From sequence record DRR723986_1309: a stretch of DNA of 43,524 nucleotides; one strand, written 5' to 3'. This document shows positions 1 through 10,521 of the stretch, piece after piece. Made by a program: the position numbers and the translations under genes. The first letter of the stretch is position 1, and every line of letters begins with the position of its first letter. The notes under the pieces are model-generated. The model was not told where the DNA came from. It saw only the letters and a program-made list of their open reading frames with translations, and did no database searches.

Positions 1-36
1 TAATAATCGGATTAGTGTGAACAGGCCCTAGGCAAT

Positions 37-1353
37 TCAGTCGCTGACCTTGTCATCGAGAAACCTTTCCATCACCACACAGGCCGTCAGGTCACCACTC
101 ACATTCACTGCCGTGCGACTCATATCTAAAATGCGATCCACGCCTAGGATCAGTGCCAGCCCCTCGGCCGGCACCCCCATTCCCTGAACGATTGTCGCCA
201 ATATCACAATACCGACGCCCGGCGTACTCGGCGAACCGATAGACGCACCCACGGTGGTCACCGACAACAACAGCAACTGGGCAATGCTCAGTTCAATGCC
301 ATATACCTGAGTAAGGAAAACCGCTGCTATGACTTGGTAAAGCGCCGTGCCGTCCATGTTCACCGTAGCGCCCAGGGGTACCACAAACTGTGACACCGCC
401 GGTTTTACCCCCAGGGATTCTTCCGCTGTTTTCATCGACAGGGGCATTACCGCTGCCGAACTGGACGTGGAAAACGCCAACAGTTGAACATTGGAAATTG
501 ACCGCAGGAACGCCAGGGGTGAGCGGCGCGCCAGCACGGTGACAATCAGCAAATAGAAGCCCAGCAATATCACCAAGCCCAACAGCACCGTTGCCACGTA
601 GGTCGCCACGCCGATAATGGCATCGAAACCCACCTGCACACTGATTTGCGCCAGCAAGCCGAATACCGCAATCGGCGCCAATGCCATCGCCCAACTGACG
701 ATTTTCATCGACACATCCTGCACCGACACACATAAGTCCAGCAGGGGTTTTGCACGCCGCTCGCTGATCGACACCATCGCCACCGCGATAAAAATAGCCA
801 GTACAACAATCTGGAACATTGATCGCGACAACAGCGCACTGGTCGGGTTAGCGGGGATAATTTCAATCAGTCGGTCTGGCAACGAGGCCACGGCAACGGC
901 GGATTCAGGCACCACAGCCGTGGCCAGCTCTGCGCCGACATCGATGTACTGACCAGGCTGTAACCACAGCGCCACAATACAGCCAATGAAAACCGCCACG
1001 CTGGTCGTAAGAATAAAATACGGCGCAATGCGCAGGCCTATCTGCTTCAGAAATTTGGGGTCGCCACTACTGGTAATCCCCAAAATAATGGAGGACAGCA
1101 CCAGTGGCACCACCACCATTTGAATCATGGCCAGGAAAAGCCGTCCCGGCAGGGCCAGCCATGCGGCGAGTAAGCTGGCCGTATCGCTGGCTACCAGCGC
1201 GCCACCGCTGGGTGACAGACACAAGCCGAGCGCCACGCCGAGCACCATTGCCAGCAGAATCTGCGCCCACAGTCGCCCCCGCAGCAAGTAGTCGAGCCGC
1301 GAAGCCAGGCGGCGCGGGCTACTGGGTGTTAGTGCCGCAGGAAATAGACTCAT
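37..1353 (-). CDS. Dicarboxylate/amino acid:cation symporter (DAACS/GltP family, likely glutamate/aspartate)
   Basis: 438 aa, hydrophobic; family motifs FSTSSS, NMDGT and DRILDMSRTAVN; start overlaps RND stop (ATGA, 1350-1353). Confidence 0.92.
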   Translation of the reverse strand: MSLFPAALTPSSPRRLASRLDYLLRGRLWAQILLAMVLGVALGLCLSPSGGALVASDTASLLAAWLALPGRLFLAMIQMVVVPLVLSSIILGITSSGDPKFLKQIGLRIAPYFILTTSVAVFIGCIVALWLQPGQYIDVGAELATAVVPESAVAVASLPDRLIEIIPANPTSALLSRSMFQIVVLAIFIAVAMVSISERRAKPLLDLCVSVQDVSMKIVSWAMALAPIAVFGLLAQISVQVGFDAIIGVATYVATVLLGLVILLGFYLLIVTVLARRSPLAFLRSISNVQLLAFSTSSSAAVMPLSMKTAEESLGVKPAVSQFVVPLGATVNMDGTALYQVIAAVFLTQVYGIELSIAQLLLLSVTTVGASIGSPSTPGVGIVILATIVQGMGVPAEGLALILGVDRILDMSRTAVNVSGDLTACVVMERFLDDKVSD

Positions 1354-4300
1354 GACAACGCTCCGTCGTTACCAGAGGGCGCGCTGACTGGCGGCTTAAG
1401 CAGGTAATATGACGCAGGCACAAATACCAAACTGAGCACCGACGACAACGACAGCCCGCCAATAATCACTGCCGCCAGCGGCGTCCACAGCGGCCCGCCA
1501 AAAAAGAACAATGGCAACAAACCCACAACGGTGGTGACCGAGGTTAACAAAATCGGCCGAAAACGCTGCTGCGCCGCCTCGATAATCGCCGTTTTCAGGT
1601 CGCTGTTCGCCCGCTCGATATCAATCTGATCGATCAGCACGATCGCATTGTTAATGATGATACCGGCCAAACTTATTAAGCCTAGTGTGCCCATAAAAGA
1701 CAGCGGCTGCCCGCTAGCCATAAGGCCCAGAGGGGCACCGATAATCACCAGTGGCACCGTGGTAAATACGATTGCCGCACGGCGGAAAGAGTTAAACTGA
1801 AATACCACCAACAGCACCATTAAGGCAAAGGCCGCGGGCAAACCGGCCGCCAACTTTCCATAGATTTCATGGCTATCGGCAATTTCCCCGGCGATTGACA
1901 GGCTGTAGCCCTCGGGCAGGACGATGCTTTCTAAGTCTCTTTGCACACGCTCCAGCAGCGCTTCGGCAGTGAAGGCCTCGCTCTTCGCTGTGATCATAAT
2001 CATGCGCTGTTGATCTTTTCGGCGCAGCTGTGAAAACTCGAGTTCGGGCCGGATAACCGCGAGCTGCCCCAACGGCACCACAGCTCCGCTGTCAGAGAGT
2101 ACAGAGATATCGCGCAGATCGTCGATGCTATCGCGGTCTTTCTCGCTGGCACGCAGGACGATGGGCAGTGAACGGTCGTGGTCGTGAAACACAGAGATCG
2201 CACTGCCATCAAAGTAGGCGCTGAGTACCCGGCTCAACGACGCCGAGCTAACGCCTAAGCGCCGCGCTTTATTTTGGTCGACATCGATCATCACCTTGAC
2301 GATTTTTTCGCCCCAGTCATTGCGGTTGTCCACCATTGCGGGCACCGGGTAAAACACCGCTTCAACATCGCGCGCCAATTCCAATAGCCGGTCGGCGTCT
2401 GGGCCGGTCAACTCAAGCTGCAAAACCCCCGATTCCTTGGCCCCCATCGCCAGGCGTTTTACCGTAAAACGCGCCTCCGGAAAATACTGATGAGCATGGC
2501 GGCGAACACGCTCCTGCACCGTCAGCGAACTCTGCATATCAGCGGTATTCAGCAAAAAGAAGGCGCTGGTTGGCGAGCGCTCGGCGGGGTTGAGCGTAAG
2601 ATAAAAACGCGGGCCGCCGTCGGCGATGTAAGCGGTATAGTTGCGCAACTCGGGGTTGGCCTCGTCGTCAGCAAGCCAGTCGCCAAACGCTTTGGACAGC
2701 CGCAGTGTCTCGTTGATATTGCTACCCATTGGCAGCTCCATATATACCAGCACCTCACCGCGATCAGAGGGCGGAAACAACTGGCTGGGCAAACGAGAGA
2801 ACAGTACGGCTCCAGCAACGACAAGAAGTGCAGTAGCCGCCAATACCCAGCGCGCACGCGGCAGGCAGAATGCTAAAAGGCGCCGATAGTAATTCGCCCC
2901 CGCCGCGGGTTTATCCACGCGCGAGGTTTTAGGCTGCACGAAGCGCGCCGCAATCAACGGTAGAAAATACATCGCGCTCAGCCACGAGCCAAGCAAACTC
3001 AAGGCAACCACGCTGGCCAGTGAATAGGCATACTCGCCCTCCGGCCCCTCCAGCAAAAAGAACGGCAGAAACGCCGCCGCGGTTGTACCCGAGGCGATCG
3101 CCAGTGGAATGGCAAACTGCTTGGCTGCGGCGCGCGCCGCCAGCGTCCGCGCTTGCCCTTGCTCGACCCGGCGCAACACGTCCTCGACGACGACCACGCC
3201 ATTGTCGACAAGTAAGCCCAGCGAGATAATCACCGCCGCTATCGACACCTGCTCTAGCGCAATCCCCAGTACGCGCATCCCCATCAGCGCAAATAACACC
3301 GCAAAGGGGACAATCGCGGCAATAACCACCCCGGTTCTTAGCCCGAGAAAGACCATGACCACCAGCAAGACCACCACAAAGGTCTCGGCGACATTGAGCA
3401 AGGCACCGCGCACGGAACGGCGCACCTCATCGGGCTGAAAGCTGACAAAGTCAAAGGCGTAGCCTATCGGCTGCTGTTGCTCAAAGGCGGCAACCTCGTC
3501 GCGAATACGCTTACCCACCTCGAGGATATCTTCGCCGCTTTGCATTTCGACAGAGATAGCGATCGCCGGCTTGCCATTGGCGTATACCGGTCGCGTCAAT
3601 GGGTCGGCAAAGCCTCGCCTCACGTGAACAATGTCGGCCAAACGCACGAAGTTGTCACCAATGCGCGTTTTGCTCAGCAACGCGGCAATATCCTGCTCAC
3701 TGCGAAAATCGCCGCTGGTTTCCAGCAAAAGGCGTTTACCGCCGGCATTGAGCTGCCCTGAGGGCAGGATGATGTTTTGCTCTCGCAACTCATCTATAAC
3801 AACAGCCAACTGCATGCCGACGGCAGCGAGACGGTTGGCATCGAACTCCAGCCATATCTTTTCTGCCTGCTGCCCGTAAAAGTTCACTTTGGAAATGCCG
3901 GCAATGGTGTACAAACGGCGCTGCAAATCCTCTGCCGTATCGAGCATTTCAGCGTAGTCAAAGCCCTCGGCAGTCATCGCGATCGTCGCAATGCTGACAT
4001 CGCCGTAGTCGGTGTTCACGAACGGGCCAAGGGTATCCGGCGGCAGCTCGCGGGTGACTTCGCTCATTTTATCGCGCAGCGCCTGCCAAATATCTTCGAG
4101 GTCATCGTAGCGGTCGTAGAGCGTCACGCGAAAACTCACCTGGCCGGTAACCAGCAGCGTCTCTATTTCTTCCACCTCGGGGATAAGACGGATTTTGCGT
4201 TCGACTGGCTCAGCAATAAGCGTTTCCATTCTTGCAGGCGGCATACCGGGAAACAAAGCGGTGACCATGGCGGTGCGAATGGTAATTTCAGGTTCTTCCC

Positions 4301-4406
4301 GTTTGGCCAGATCGGTGTAGGTCAGGCCACCGCTTAATAACAGTGCGAGCATCACAAATACGGTTAGGCGATTTCGCTCAAGCCCAAGGCGAATCAGCGA
4401 CATCAT
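1350..4406 (-). CDS. RND efflux transporter permease subunit (AcrB/AcrD/AcrF family)
   Basis: 1018 aa with two periplasmic loops and two TM blocks; GLLVDNGVVVVE, GIIINNAIVLID and RFRPILLTS motifs. Confidence 0.93.
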   Translation of the reverse strand: MMSLIRLGLERNRLTVFVMLALLLSGGLTYTDLAKREEPEITIRTAMVTALFPGMPPARMETLIAEPVERKIRLIPEVEEIETLLVTGQVSFRVTLYDRYDDLEDIWQALRDKMSEVTRELPPDTLGPFVNTDYGDVSIATIAMTAEGFDYAEMLDTAEDLQRRLYTIAGISKVNFYGQQAEKIWLEFDANRLAAVGMQLAVVIDELREQNIILPSGQLNAGGKRLLLETSGDFRSEQDIAALLSKTRIGDNFVRLADIVHVRRGFADPLTRPVYANGKPAIAISVEMQSGEDILEVGKRIRDEVAAFEQQQPIGYAFDFVSFQPDEVRRSVRGALLNVAETFVVVLLVVMVFLGLRTGVVIAAIVPFAVLFALMGMRVLGIALEQVSIAAVIISLGLLVDNGVVVVEDVLRRVEQGQARTLAARAAAKQFAIPLAIASGTTAAAFLPFFLLEGPEGEYAYSLASVVALSLLGSWLSAMYFLPLIAARFVQPKTSRVDKPAAGANYYRRLLAFCLPRARWVLAATALLVVAGAVLFSRLPSQLFPPSDRGEVLVYMELPMGSNINETLRLSKAFGDWLADDEANPELRNYTAYIADGGPRFYLTLNPAERSPTSAFFLLNTADMQSSLTVQERVRRHAHQYFPEARFTVKRLAMGAKESGVLQLELTGPDADRLLELARDVEAVFYPVPAMVDNRNDWGEKIVKVMIDVDQNKARRLGVSSASLSRVLSAYFDGSAISVFHDHDRSLPIVLRASEKDRDSIDDLRDISVLSDSGAVVPLGQLAVIRPELEFSQLRRKDQQRMIMITAKSEAFTAEALLERVQRDLESIVLPEGYSLSIAGEIADSHEIYGKLAAGLPAAFALMVLLVVFQFNSFRRAAIVFTTVPLVIIGAPLGLMASGQPLSFMGTLGLISLAGIIINNAIVLIDQIDIERANSDLKTAIIEAAQQRFRPILLTSVTTVVGLLPLFFFGGPLWTPLAAVIIGGLSLSSVLSLVFVPASYYLLKPPVSAPSGNDGALS

Positions 4407-5503
4407 AACTGCGGCTCCAGCAGTTTCACTTTCATACCATCGCGCAGATACGACACGCCCGCCGCGGCCACTCGATCACCCGCCGACAAACCTTTGCTGA
4501 CTATCACTTCGTTACCGCGTACCTCGGATACCGTTACCGGGCGAGCGACAACGGACTGGCTGGCGGCGTCGTAAACATACACCAGCGCTTCGAAGTGCTT
4601 GGCGGTCAGTCGACTGGCATTGTCAAATACCAAACAATTCAATGGCAGCAGGAAACCGCGGTAATCGGCGGGCAAGGCGATATCGGCAATCACCTCAGCC
4701 GACATACCTACTCGGAGTGTTTGCGGGACAGCGTCCAGCACAGCAACGACCGGAAAGGCCGAGACACTCGCTGCACGGCTGCCCACTTCACTAATTTGCC
4801 CCTCGAACTGTACGTCGCCAAGCTCTGCCATTTGCACGGCAACCGCCTGCCCCACCGACATACTGTTAATCACTGACGATGGCACACTGAAGGCCACCTC
4901 AAAGGCATTTTCGGAGTACAAGGTCAGCAGTGTCTGTCCAGCCGCTACCGTTGCAAACGCCTTGGCACGCACGTTGGCAACAATGCCGTCAAACGGGGCG
5001 CGCAGTGCCGACTTGCGCAAGTTTTCCTCAGCCAAGGCCAGGCCCTGTTCGGCGCGCTCAAGCTGCGCCGCGGCGGTCGCCAGCGCGGCCTCTGCATCGT
5101 CGTAACGCGCACGCGGTATCACGCGTTGTTGCCACATGGCCTCGTGGCGAGTGAAATTACTGCGGGCATTCTGATAGCCTGCCTGCGCCTGGGCGAGCGC
5201 GGCTTTTGCATCCTGACGGTGCAATGCAATACGCGCTGTATCAAGCTGCAATAGCAACTCTCCACGCGCGACTCGCTGCCCTTCCTGAAGCTCGACCTGC
5301 CCCAGCTGACCGCCGATATCAAACGACAACTGCGTTTCATCGTGGGCCGCAAGAACACTGGGAAAGCGCCGCTGAACCATCTTCGCTGAATCCATAACCT
5401 GATATACCTTCAATCCCCGCGGCGGCATTTCGCGATTATCGGCAGGTTTCGCACAGCCAATCAGCAGCGCACTTATCACAACAGCAAAGAATAATTTAGG
5501 CAT
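4403..5503 (-). CDS. RND efflux periplasmic adaptor (membrane fusion) lipoprotein
   Basis: Lipobox LIGC; coiled-coil hairpin; LRAPFDGIV and GLSAGDRV motifs; overlaps permease start. Confidence 0.92.
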   Translation of the reverse strand: MPKLFFAVVISALLIGCAKPADNREMPPRGLKVYQVMDSAKMVQRRFPSVLAAHDETQLSFDIGGQLGQVELQEGQRVARGELLLQLDTARIALHRQDAKAALAQAQAGYQNARSNFTRHEAMWQQRVIPRARYDDAEAALATAAAQLERAEQGLALAEENLRKSALRAPFDGIVANVRAKAFATVAAGQTLLTLYSENAFEVAFSVPSSVINSMSVGQAVAVQMAELGDVQFEGQISEVGSRAASVSAFPVVAVLDAVPQTLRVGMSAEVIADIALPADYRGFLLPLNCLVFDNASRLTAKHFEALVYVYDAASQSVVARPVTVSEVRGNEVIVSKGLSAGDRVAAAGVSYLRDGMKVKLLEPQL

Positions 5504-5570
5504 GAGTTAATATCTTAATCAGCGCGCTACAGAAGCGCAGGAGAGAATAAACAGCACGGCAAAAAGGCCG

Positions 5571-6269
5571 CTACAGCACCGTGCCAACGGCGCTGCCAAC
5601 CGCAGCGGTTAGCAGCATGGCCAGCGCCCCCCAGAAGGTAACGCGCAAGGCCGCAGCACGAATTGGCGCGCCGCCCACATAGGCCGCACTGCCACCGAGC
5701 AGGGCCAGGAATAATAAAATTGCCACAGGCATCACGGTGAGCAACAGGGGCGGAGACAGCGCAATCGCCAAACCCAGCGGCAACGCGCCCCCCAAGGCAA
5801 AACTGGCTGCAGACGATACCGCCGCGAGCAGTGGTTTCGCCCGATGGTAAGGTGACAAGCCGAGCTCGTCGCGACTGTGCGCAGCCAGGGCATCGTGATC
5901 CATCATCTGCGAGGCAACCTGCTCAGCCAGTGCATCATCAAGGCCGCGCTGGATATATATCTGCGCCAACTCTTCATGCTCCTGCACTGGATTTTCCGCC
6001 AACTCGCGCCGCTCAATCTCGATGTCGGCGCGTTCTATATCGGCCTGAGAACTCACCGACACATACTCGCCAGCGGCCATCGACATCGCGCCGGAAACCA
6101 CGCCAGCCAAGCCGGTAAGCAACAGGGTATGACTGCTCGCTCCAGCGGCGGCGACACCCAACAGTAAACTGGCGGTGGAGACTATGCCGTCGTTTGCACC
6201 GAGCACCGCCGCGCGCAGCCATGCGATACGGCCCATTCGATGCTGCTCGTAGTGGTGTCGATGCTCCAT
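5571..6269 (-). CDS. VIT1/CCC1 family Fe/Mn transporter
   Basis: WLRAAVLGANDGIVS and GAMSMAAGEYVSVSSQ signatures; start moved to ATG 6269 (MEHRHH) behind an AAGGGT RBS-like site. Confidence 0.92.
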   Translation of the reverse strand: MEHRHHYEQHRMGRIAWLRAAVLGANDGIVSTASLLLGVAAAGASSHTLLLTGLAGVVSGAMSMAAGEYVSVSSQADIERADIEIERRELAENPVQEHEELAQIYIQRGLDDALAEQVASQMMDHDALAAHSRDELGLSPYHRAKPLLAAVSSAASFALGGALPLGLAIALSPPLLLTVMPVAILLFLALLGGSAAYVGGAPIRAAALRVTFWGALAMLLTAAVGSAVGTVL

Positions 6270-6365
6270 ATCTACCCTTAGCAAAGCGTGCACAAGACTA
6301 TCGTTAACCAGTCAGAGCGGCGTTGACCTAACGCAAAAGCTCTGTCTCAAATTCTACCGCATTAC

Positions 6366-6758
6366 TCAGCTCGCTTGTTCATAACCACAGCGGCCACAGC
6401 GCAATATTTTTCGCGTGGGGAACAGGGGGAAATCAATGCCCAGGAACACGAGAAAGGCCCAGCGACGACCTCGCCGCTCAGATTGCATTTCAGCACAACA
6501 CATTGGGCACAGCGGCACATCACTGCCCTGTGACGTTTCCAGATCTGCACTTCGATCTTCGCTTAGTAACTCTCGGGCACGTTCTTCGCAGGCGGACGGC
6601 ACCTGCAAGCGCACGCCCCCCAAGGCATCGGAGTAGAGCCACTGCATATTGATGGTCTGTTCATCGGCGACAAAAGCGGGAATGCCCTCAGCTTCCAGCC
6701 GAGCGCGATTTATCTGGGCTTCCCAGGGAAAGGAATAGCGGGCAACTGTGACCAACAC
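6366..6758 (-). CDS. DUF2007 (PII-like putative signal-transducing) domain protein with C-terminal CxxC...CxxC
   Basis: EAQINRARLEAEGIPAFVAD...GGVRLQV pattern; CPMC and CGRC flank a hydrophobic segment; GTG 6758 lies 8 nt after GAGGAG. Confidence 0.8.
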   Translation of the reverse strand: MLVTVARYSFPWEAQINRARLEAEGIPAFVADEQTINMQWLYSDALGGVRLQVPSACEERARELLSEDRSADLETSQGSDVPLCPMCCAEMQSERRGRRWAFLVFLGIDFPLFPTRKILRCGRCGYEQAS

Positions 6759-6880
6759 AGGCAACACTCCTCAATTTACTGGTTGCATCGCTTCAGAGTG
6801 AAACTCAACCGCCGGTATAGGGGAACGACGTTATCGCTAACAGTCTAGCGCGCCTGTGCTGAATGCCAAAATAGGGGGCT

Positions 6881-6901
6881 TGGCCTGCCCGAGGCAGGCC
6901 A
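6881..6901 (-). terminator. GC-rich hairpin downstream of purC (possible terminator/stabiliser)
   Basis: TGGCCTGCC-CGA-GGCAGGCCA perfect 9-bp stem 16 nt after the purC stop; no immediate U-tract on the minus strand. Confidence 0.5.
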
Positions 6902-6917
6902 GAAAGGTGGGGGGTAA

Positions 6918-7637
6918 TTAATCGTCGAAATTCATGCCCAAACGGCGGCCTACCAGCTCGTAAGACTCTACGACATTACCAAGGTCTTGACGGAAGCGGT
7001 CCTTGTCGAGCTTTTCGCGAGTGTCTTTGTCCCAAATACGGCAGCCATCGGGTGAAAACTCATCACCCAGGTAAATCTCACCGTCGCTAAACACGCCGAA
7101 CTCAAGCTTGTAATCGACCAGTAGCATACCGGCATCCAGGAACAATGCCTTGAGAATATCGTTTACCTGATAGGTCAACTCACGCATCCGCGCCATCTGC
7201 TCGTCGGTCGCCCAGCCAAAACTGCGGATATGTGACTCATTGATCATCGGGTCGTGCAGGGCGTCGTCTTTCAAAAACGTTTCAAAGGTCGGTGGCGTGA
7301 GCTCCAAGCCTTCCTTAACGCCCAGACGTTTAACGATTGAACCCGCAGCGATATTGCGCACCACGCACTCAATGGGGAACATATCAAGGCGCTTTACTAA
7401 CGCCTCACTGTCATTGAGAAGACCTTCAAAATGCGTCGGCACGCCCGCCTGCTGCAGCTTTTCCATGATGAACGCATTGAACTTGTTATTGACCATGCCC
7501 TTGCGGTCAAGCTGCTCAACCTTCACGCCATCGAACGCCGAGGTGTCATTTCTGAAGGTGAGAATGAAGCGATCCGGATCGTCGGTTTTATATACCGACT
7601 TTGCTTTACCCGAATACAATTCCTCGCGTTTTTCCAT
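6918..7637 (-). CDS. purC: Phosphoribosylaminoimidazole-succinocarboxamide (SAICAR) synthase
   Basis: [37 protein letters not shown] and LDKDRFRQ motifs. Confidence 0.98.
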   Translation of the reverse strand: MEKREELYSGKAKSVYKTDDPDRFILTFRNDTSAFDGVKVEQLDRKGMVNNKFNAFIMEKLQQAGVPTHFEGLLNDSEALVKRLDMFPIECVVRNIAAGSIVKRLGVKEGLELTPPTFETFLKDDALHDPMINESHIRSFGWATDEQMARMRELTYQVNDILKALFLDAGMLLVDYKLEFGVFSDGEIYLGDEFSPDGCRIWDKDTREKLDKDRFRQDLGNVVESYELVGRRLGMNFDD

Positions 7638-7655
7638 GGTTTGCCTCTTTCGCTA

Positions 7656-8414
7656 TTATGCGATTTCTAACCAGTCGAAACCGGCTTGTTGATCTGCAGA
7701 CAGCAATGCTTCGCTGTTCACTAAAATAGGTTCCACCGCTGACCTCGCCAGGTCAGGGGTGTTGTTCTGTTCACTCAGGTGCGCCATCACTACGTGCTGC
7801 AAGCGCGCAACATCAACACGGCTTAACAGCTGCGCCGCCTGTATGTTGTTGAGATGCCCCCAATCGCCGCCCACTCGCCGCTTTAGTGATGGCGGATACG
7901 GCCCCTGCTGTAGCATCGGCATGTCGTGGTTGCACTCTAACAACAGGGCATCGCACAGCGCGTACTGCTCCTGCACGACGGGCGTAATACTACCCAAGTC
8001 CGTGAGTAAGCCGAAGGTCTTTTTTTGGTAACGAAACACAAATTGACAGGGTTCACGGGCGTCGTGCGGCACCGCGACCGGGGAAACATCAATGCCGGCA
8101 ATGTCCGCTGGCTTGCCAAGGGACAATTGCTGCCAGCGTTTATAAGCTCTCATTTGCTTGTATTCTGCGGTGCCAAAACTGCTGTACACCGGCAGGTCGT
8201 ACTTTCGCGCCAGGGGCAGCACGCCCTTGATATGATCACTGTGCTCGTGAGTGACCAAGATTGCGCTCAATTCGCTGGGCGAACGCCCGAGACGGGCCAT
8301 ACGCTTTTCAGTCTCTGCAATGGTGAAGCCGCAATCCACCAGCAGGCAGGCCCCGTCAGACTCGATCAGTGTGGCGTTGCCCTTACTGCCACTACCGAGC
8401 GAGGCAAAGCGCAT
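7656..8414 (-). CDS. MBL-fold metallo-hydrolase (YycJ/WalJ-like)
   Basis: LGSGSKGN, THEHSDH, HDA, ECNHD, GHLNN and HLSEQNN motifs; conserved position between bamC and purC. Confidence 0.92.
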   Translation of the reverse strand: MRFASLGSGSKGNATLIESDGACLLVDCGFTIAETEKRMARLGRSPSELSAILVTHEHSDHIKGVLPLARKYDLPVYSSFGTAEYKQMRAYKRWQQLSLGKPADIAGIDVSPVAVPHDAREPCQFVFRYQKKTFGLLTDLGSITPVVQEQYALCDALLLECNHDMPMLQQGPYPPSLKRRVGGDWGHLNNIQAAQLLSRVDVARLQHVVMAHLSEQNNTPDLARSAVEPILVNSEALLSADQQAGFDWLEIA

Positions 8415-9433
8415 TAGTGCAGGTATCCCATAATCCGATTGAGCAGGATCTCCCGTTCTTCACTGCGCAAACGACGTCCTTTTTGATAATTCAAAATGAT
8501 GACAGACTGCCCTTCAGCGACCGGCTTCAACTCCACCACGTAACGACTGCGCTTGGCACGATTGGCACCGAAGAAGCCGCTCAGCCAACCGTCGTCTTTG
8601 TCTTCGGGGTCGATATAACTGAGCCAGTATTTGTTGACCGCTGGCGCTTCGTCTTCAATTTCAAAACCCGCTTTGTTCAGCGCCAGTCCCAACGCTGCCC
8701 ACGCCCGATCATAGGGCAGGAAAAGCCGCAGGTAGCGATTGTTACCCTCGCCTTCGATAAAGATCTTTCCTTTACTCTTGCTGCCGCGTTTGGCAAGGAT
8801 AGAAACAGATCCCTGATTTTCACTATCCGCTAAAAACTGCGCGAGTACCCGCGCCAATTGCCGCTCACGCTGAGGGTCGGTGGACTGTGCAGGCCAGGGC
8901 TGGCTGGCAATCCCCTGTTGCACCAATAAATGAATTTCGCTGGTCCCGACTTGAACGCCGTGCTCCAAACGCAGGCGAAAACGCTCCTGGGGCGCACCCT
9001 GTTCAATGTCGCGCCACTGCGTTTCGAGTATGCCCTGCTCGTTATCGATTGTGGCCAATTGCACGCCCGCGCGATCCAGGAAAACGCGCACTCGCGGCCA
9101 CACCTGGCCGGGCTCACCGTCTAACAGAATCCAGTGGTCATCATCCAGGCGCTGAATTTTGACCTCAGCGGTACCAACGTTCTTGGTGAGCTGTTCCGGG
9201 CGCGGCGCTTCGAACTCGCCCGGCAGGGGTTGGTGGTCGCGGATACCGGGAACCACATAGAGGTCGTCGAGCGACTCATCGCTCACCCCAGTGGGCAGAA
9301 CCAGCGCTTCACTGAGTTGAGCGCGACGATAGTCGTGGGAGCGGTCGCGGAACGCACTGCAGGCGCTGACCGCGACAAGGCTCAAAATAACAACGGCATA
9401 ACGGACGGAGCTAAAACGCATTCGTTTCTTCAC
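8414..9433 (-). CDS. bamC: Outer membrane protein assembly lipoprotein BamC (NlpB/DapX)
   Basis: Lipobox VSAC, FRDRSHDY N-terminus, GILETQW; immediately downstream of dapA. Confidence 0.85.
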   Translation of the reverse strand: MKKRMRFSSVRYAVVILSLVAVSACSAFRDRSHDYRRAQLSEALVLPTGVSDESLDDLYVVPGIRDHQPLPGEFEAPRPEQLTKNVGTAEVKIQRLDDDHWILLDGEPGQVWPRVRVFLDRAGVQLATIDNEQGILETQWRDIEQGAPQERFRLRLEHGVQVGTSEIHLLVQQGIASQPWPAQSTDPQRERQLARVLAQFLADSENQGSVSILAKRGSKSKGKIFIEGEGNNRYLRLFLPYDRAWAALGLALNKAGFEIEDEAPAVNKYWLSYIDPEDKDDGWLSGFFGANRAKRSRYVVELKPVAEGQSVIILNYQKGRRLRSEEREILLNRIMGYLH

Positions 9434-9461
9434 TTATTAGTTAGCGCCCTTGTGGGGCGGA

Positions 9462-10337
9462 TTACAGTAGCCCGGCGTGTTCCAAGGCCTCGCGGACCTG
9501 AGGCTGAGCCCCCTCGCTTAACGGGGTCAACGGCAGGCGAATGCCCTCTTCCATTTTGCCCATGGCATACAAGGCCCATTTAACAGGAATAGGATTGGAT
9601 TCAACAAACAGTCGCTCGTGCAATGCCAGCAGTGGCGCATTCGCGGCCTCAGCCGCTGCGCGATCTCCGGCCATCGCGGCGTCACACACCGCCTTCATGG
9701 CCGCTGGCGCAACATTCGCGGTAACTGAAATATTGCCTTTACCCCCTTGCAGCATCAGCTCCATAGCGGTGGCATCATCACCCGACAACACGTCTATTTT
9801 GTCGCCCACAGCGTCAATCAGTTCCCGGCCGCGTGCAATATCGCCGGTCGCATCTTTAATGGCAATAATATTCGGGTGGTCTGCCAGTCGAACCGTGGTC
9901 GCATTTTGCATATCGCAGGCGGTGCGGCCCGGCACGTTGTATAAAATCTGCGGGATATCAACAGCATCGGCAATCGCCATATAGTGACGATACAGCCCTT
10001 CCTGAGTGGGCTTATTGTAGTAAGGCGTTACCAACAGGCAGGCATCGGCCCCGACTTCACGCGCCACTTCCGTAAGCTCAATCGCCTCGCTGGTGGAATT
10101 GGCGCCCGTGCCAGCAACCACTTTGACACGTCCGGCAACCTGGTCGACACAGGCTTTGATGAACATTTTGTGCTCATCCATACCCAGGGTCGCTGACTCA
10201 CCGCTGGTCCCCACAGCCACAATGCCATCGGTACCCTGATCAATGTGCCATTCAATCAAGCGAGACAGCGCCTGCCAGTCGATGCTGCCATCGCTGTGCA
10301 TTGGGGTAACTAGGGCGACAATGCTGCCGGTAATCAT
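9462..10337 (-). CDS. dapA: 4-hydroxy-tetrahydrodipicolinate synthase
   Basis: MITGSIVALVTPM start (ATG 10337), GTSGES, PYYNKP, LYNVPGRT, IKDATG and NPIPVK motifs. Confidence 0.98.
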   Translation of the reverse strand: MITGSIVALVTPMHSDGSIDWQALSRLIEWHIDQGTDGIVAVGTSGESATLGMDEHKMFIKACVDQVAGRVKVVAGTGANSTSEAIELTEVAREVGADACLLVTPYYNKPTQEGLYRHYMAIADAVDIPQILYNVPGRTACDMQNATTVRLADHPNIIAIKDATGDIARGRELIDAVGDKIDVLSGDDATAMELMLQGGKGNISVTANVAPAAMKAVCDAAMAGDRAAAEAANAPLLALHERLFVESNPIPVKWALYAMGKMEEGIRLPLTPLSEGAQPQVREALEHAGLL

Positions 10338-10521
10338 GCCTGAATCTCCAGAATTTTCTGCAAGCCGCCAATGGTACTGGCCAGAGAGGCCCAGCTCAAG
10401 GGAGATTTCGCGGCCTCGGCACATTCTCTACCCGCGACAGAAACATTGCCGCAATCGGTCGGTCCAAAGCCGTATAATGCCGACAAGCCATCACTGATTA
10501 ACAAAGTCAGGAGAACCGACA

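Noticed and set aside
6770-6917. Possible tRNA or integration site downstream of purC
   Set aside because: No cloverleaf, T-loop GTTC or CCA pattern; only a single hairpin
10338-10424. N-terminal extensions in the ORF track (dapA; likewise VIT1, enoyl-CoA hydratase, npdG, GAF protein, hsaF, hsaG, hsaD)
   Set aside because: Family-like sequence begins at downstream start codons, most with an RBS-like site; extensions are longest-ORF artefacts
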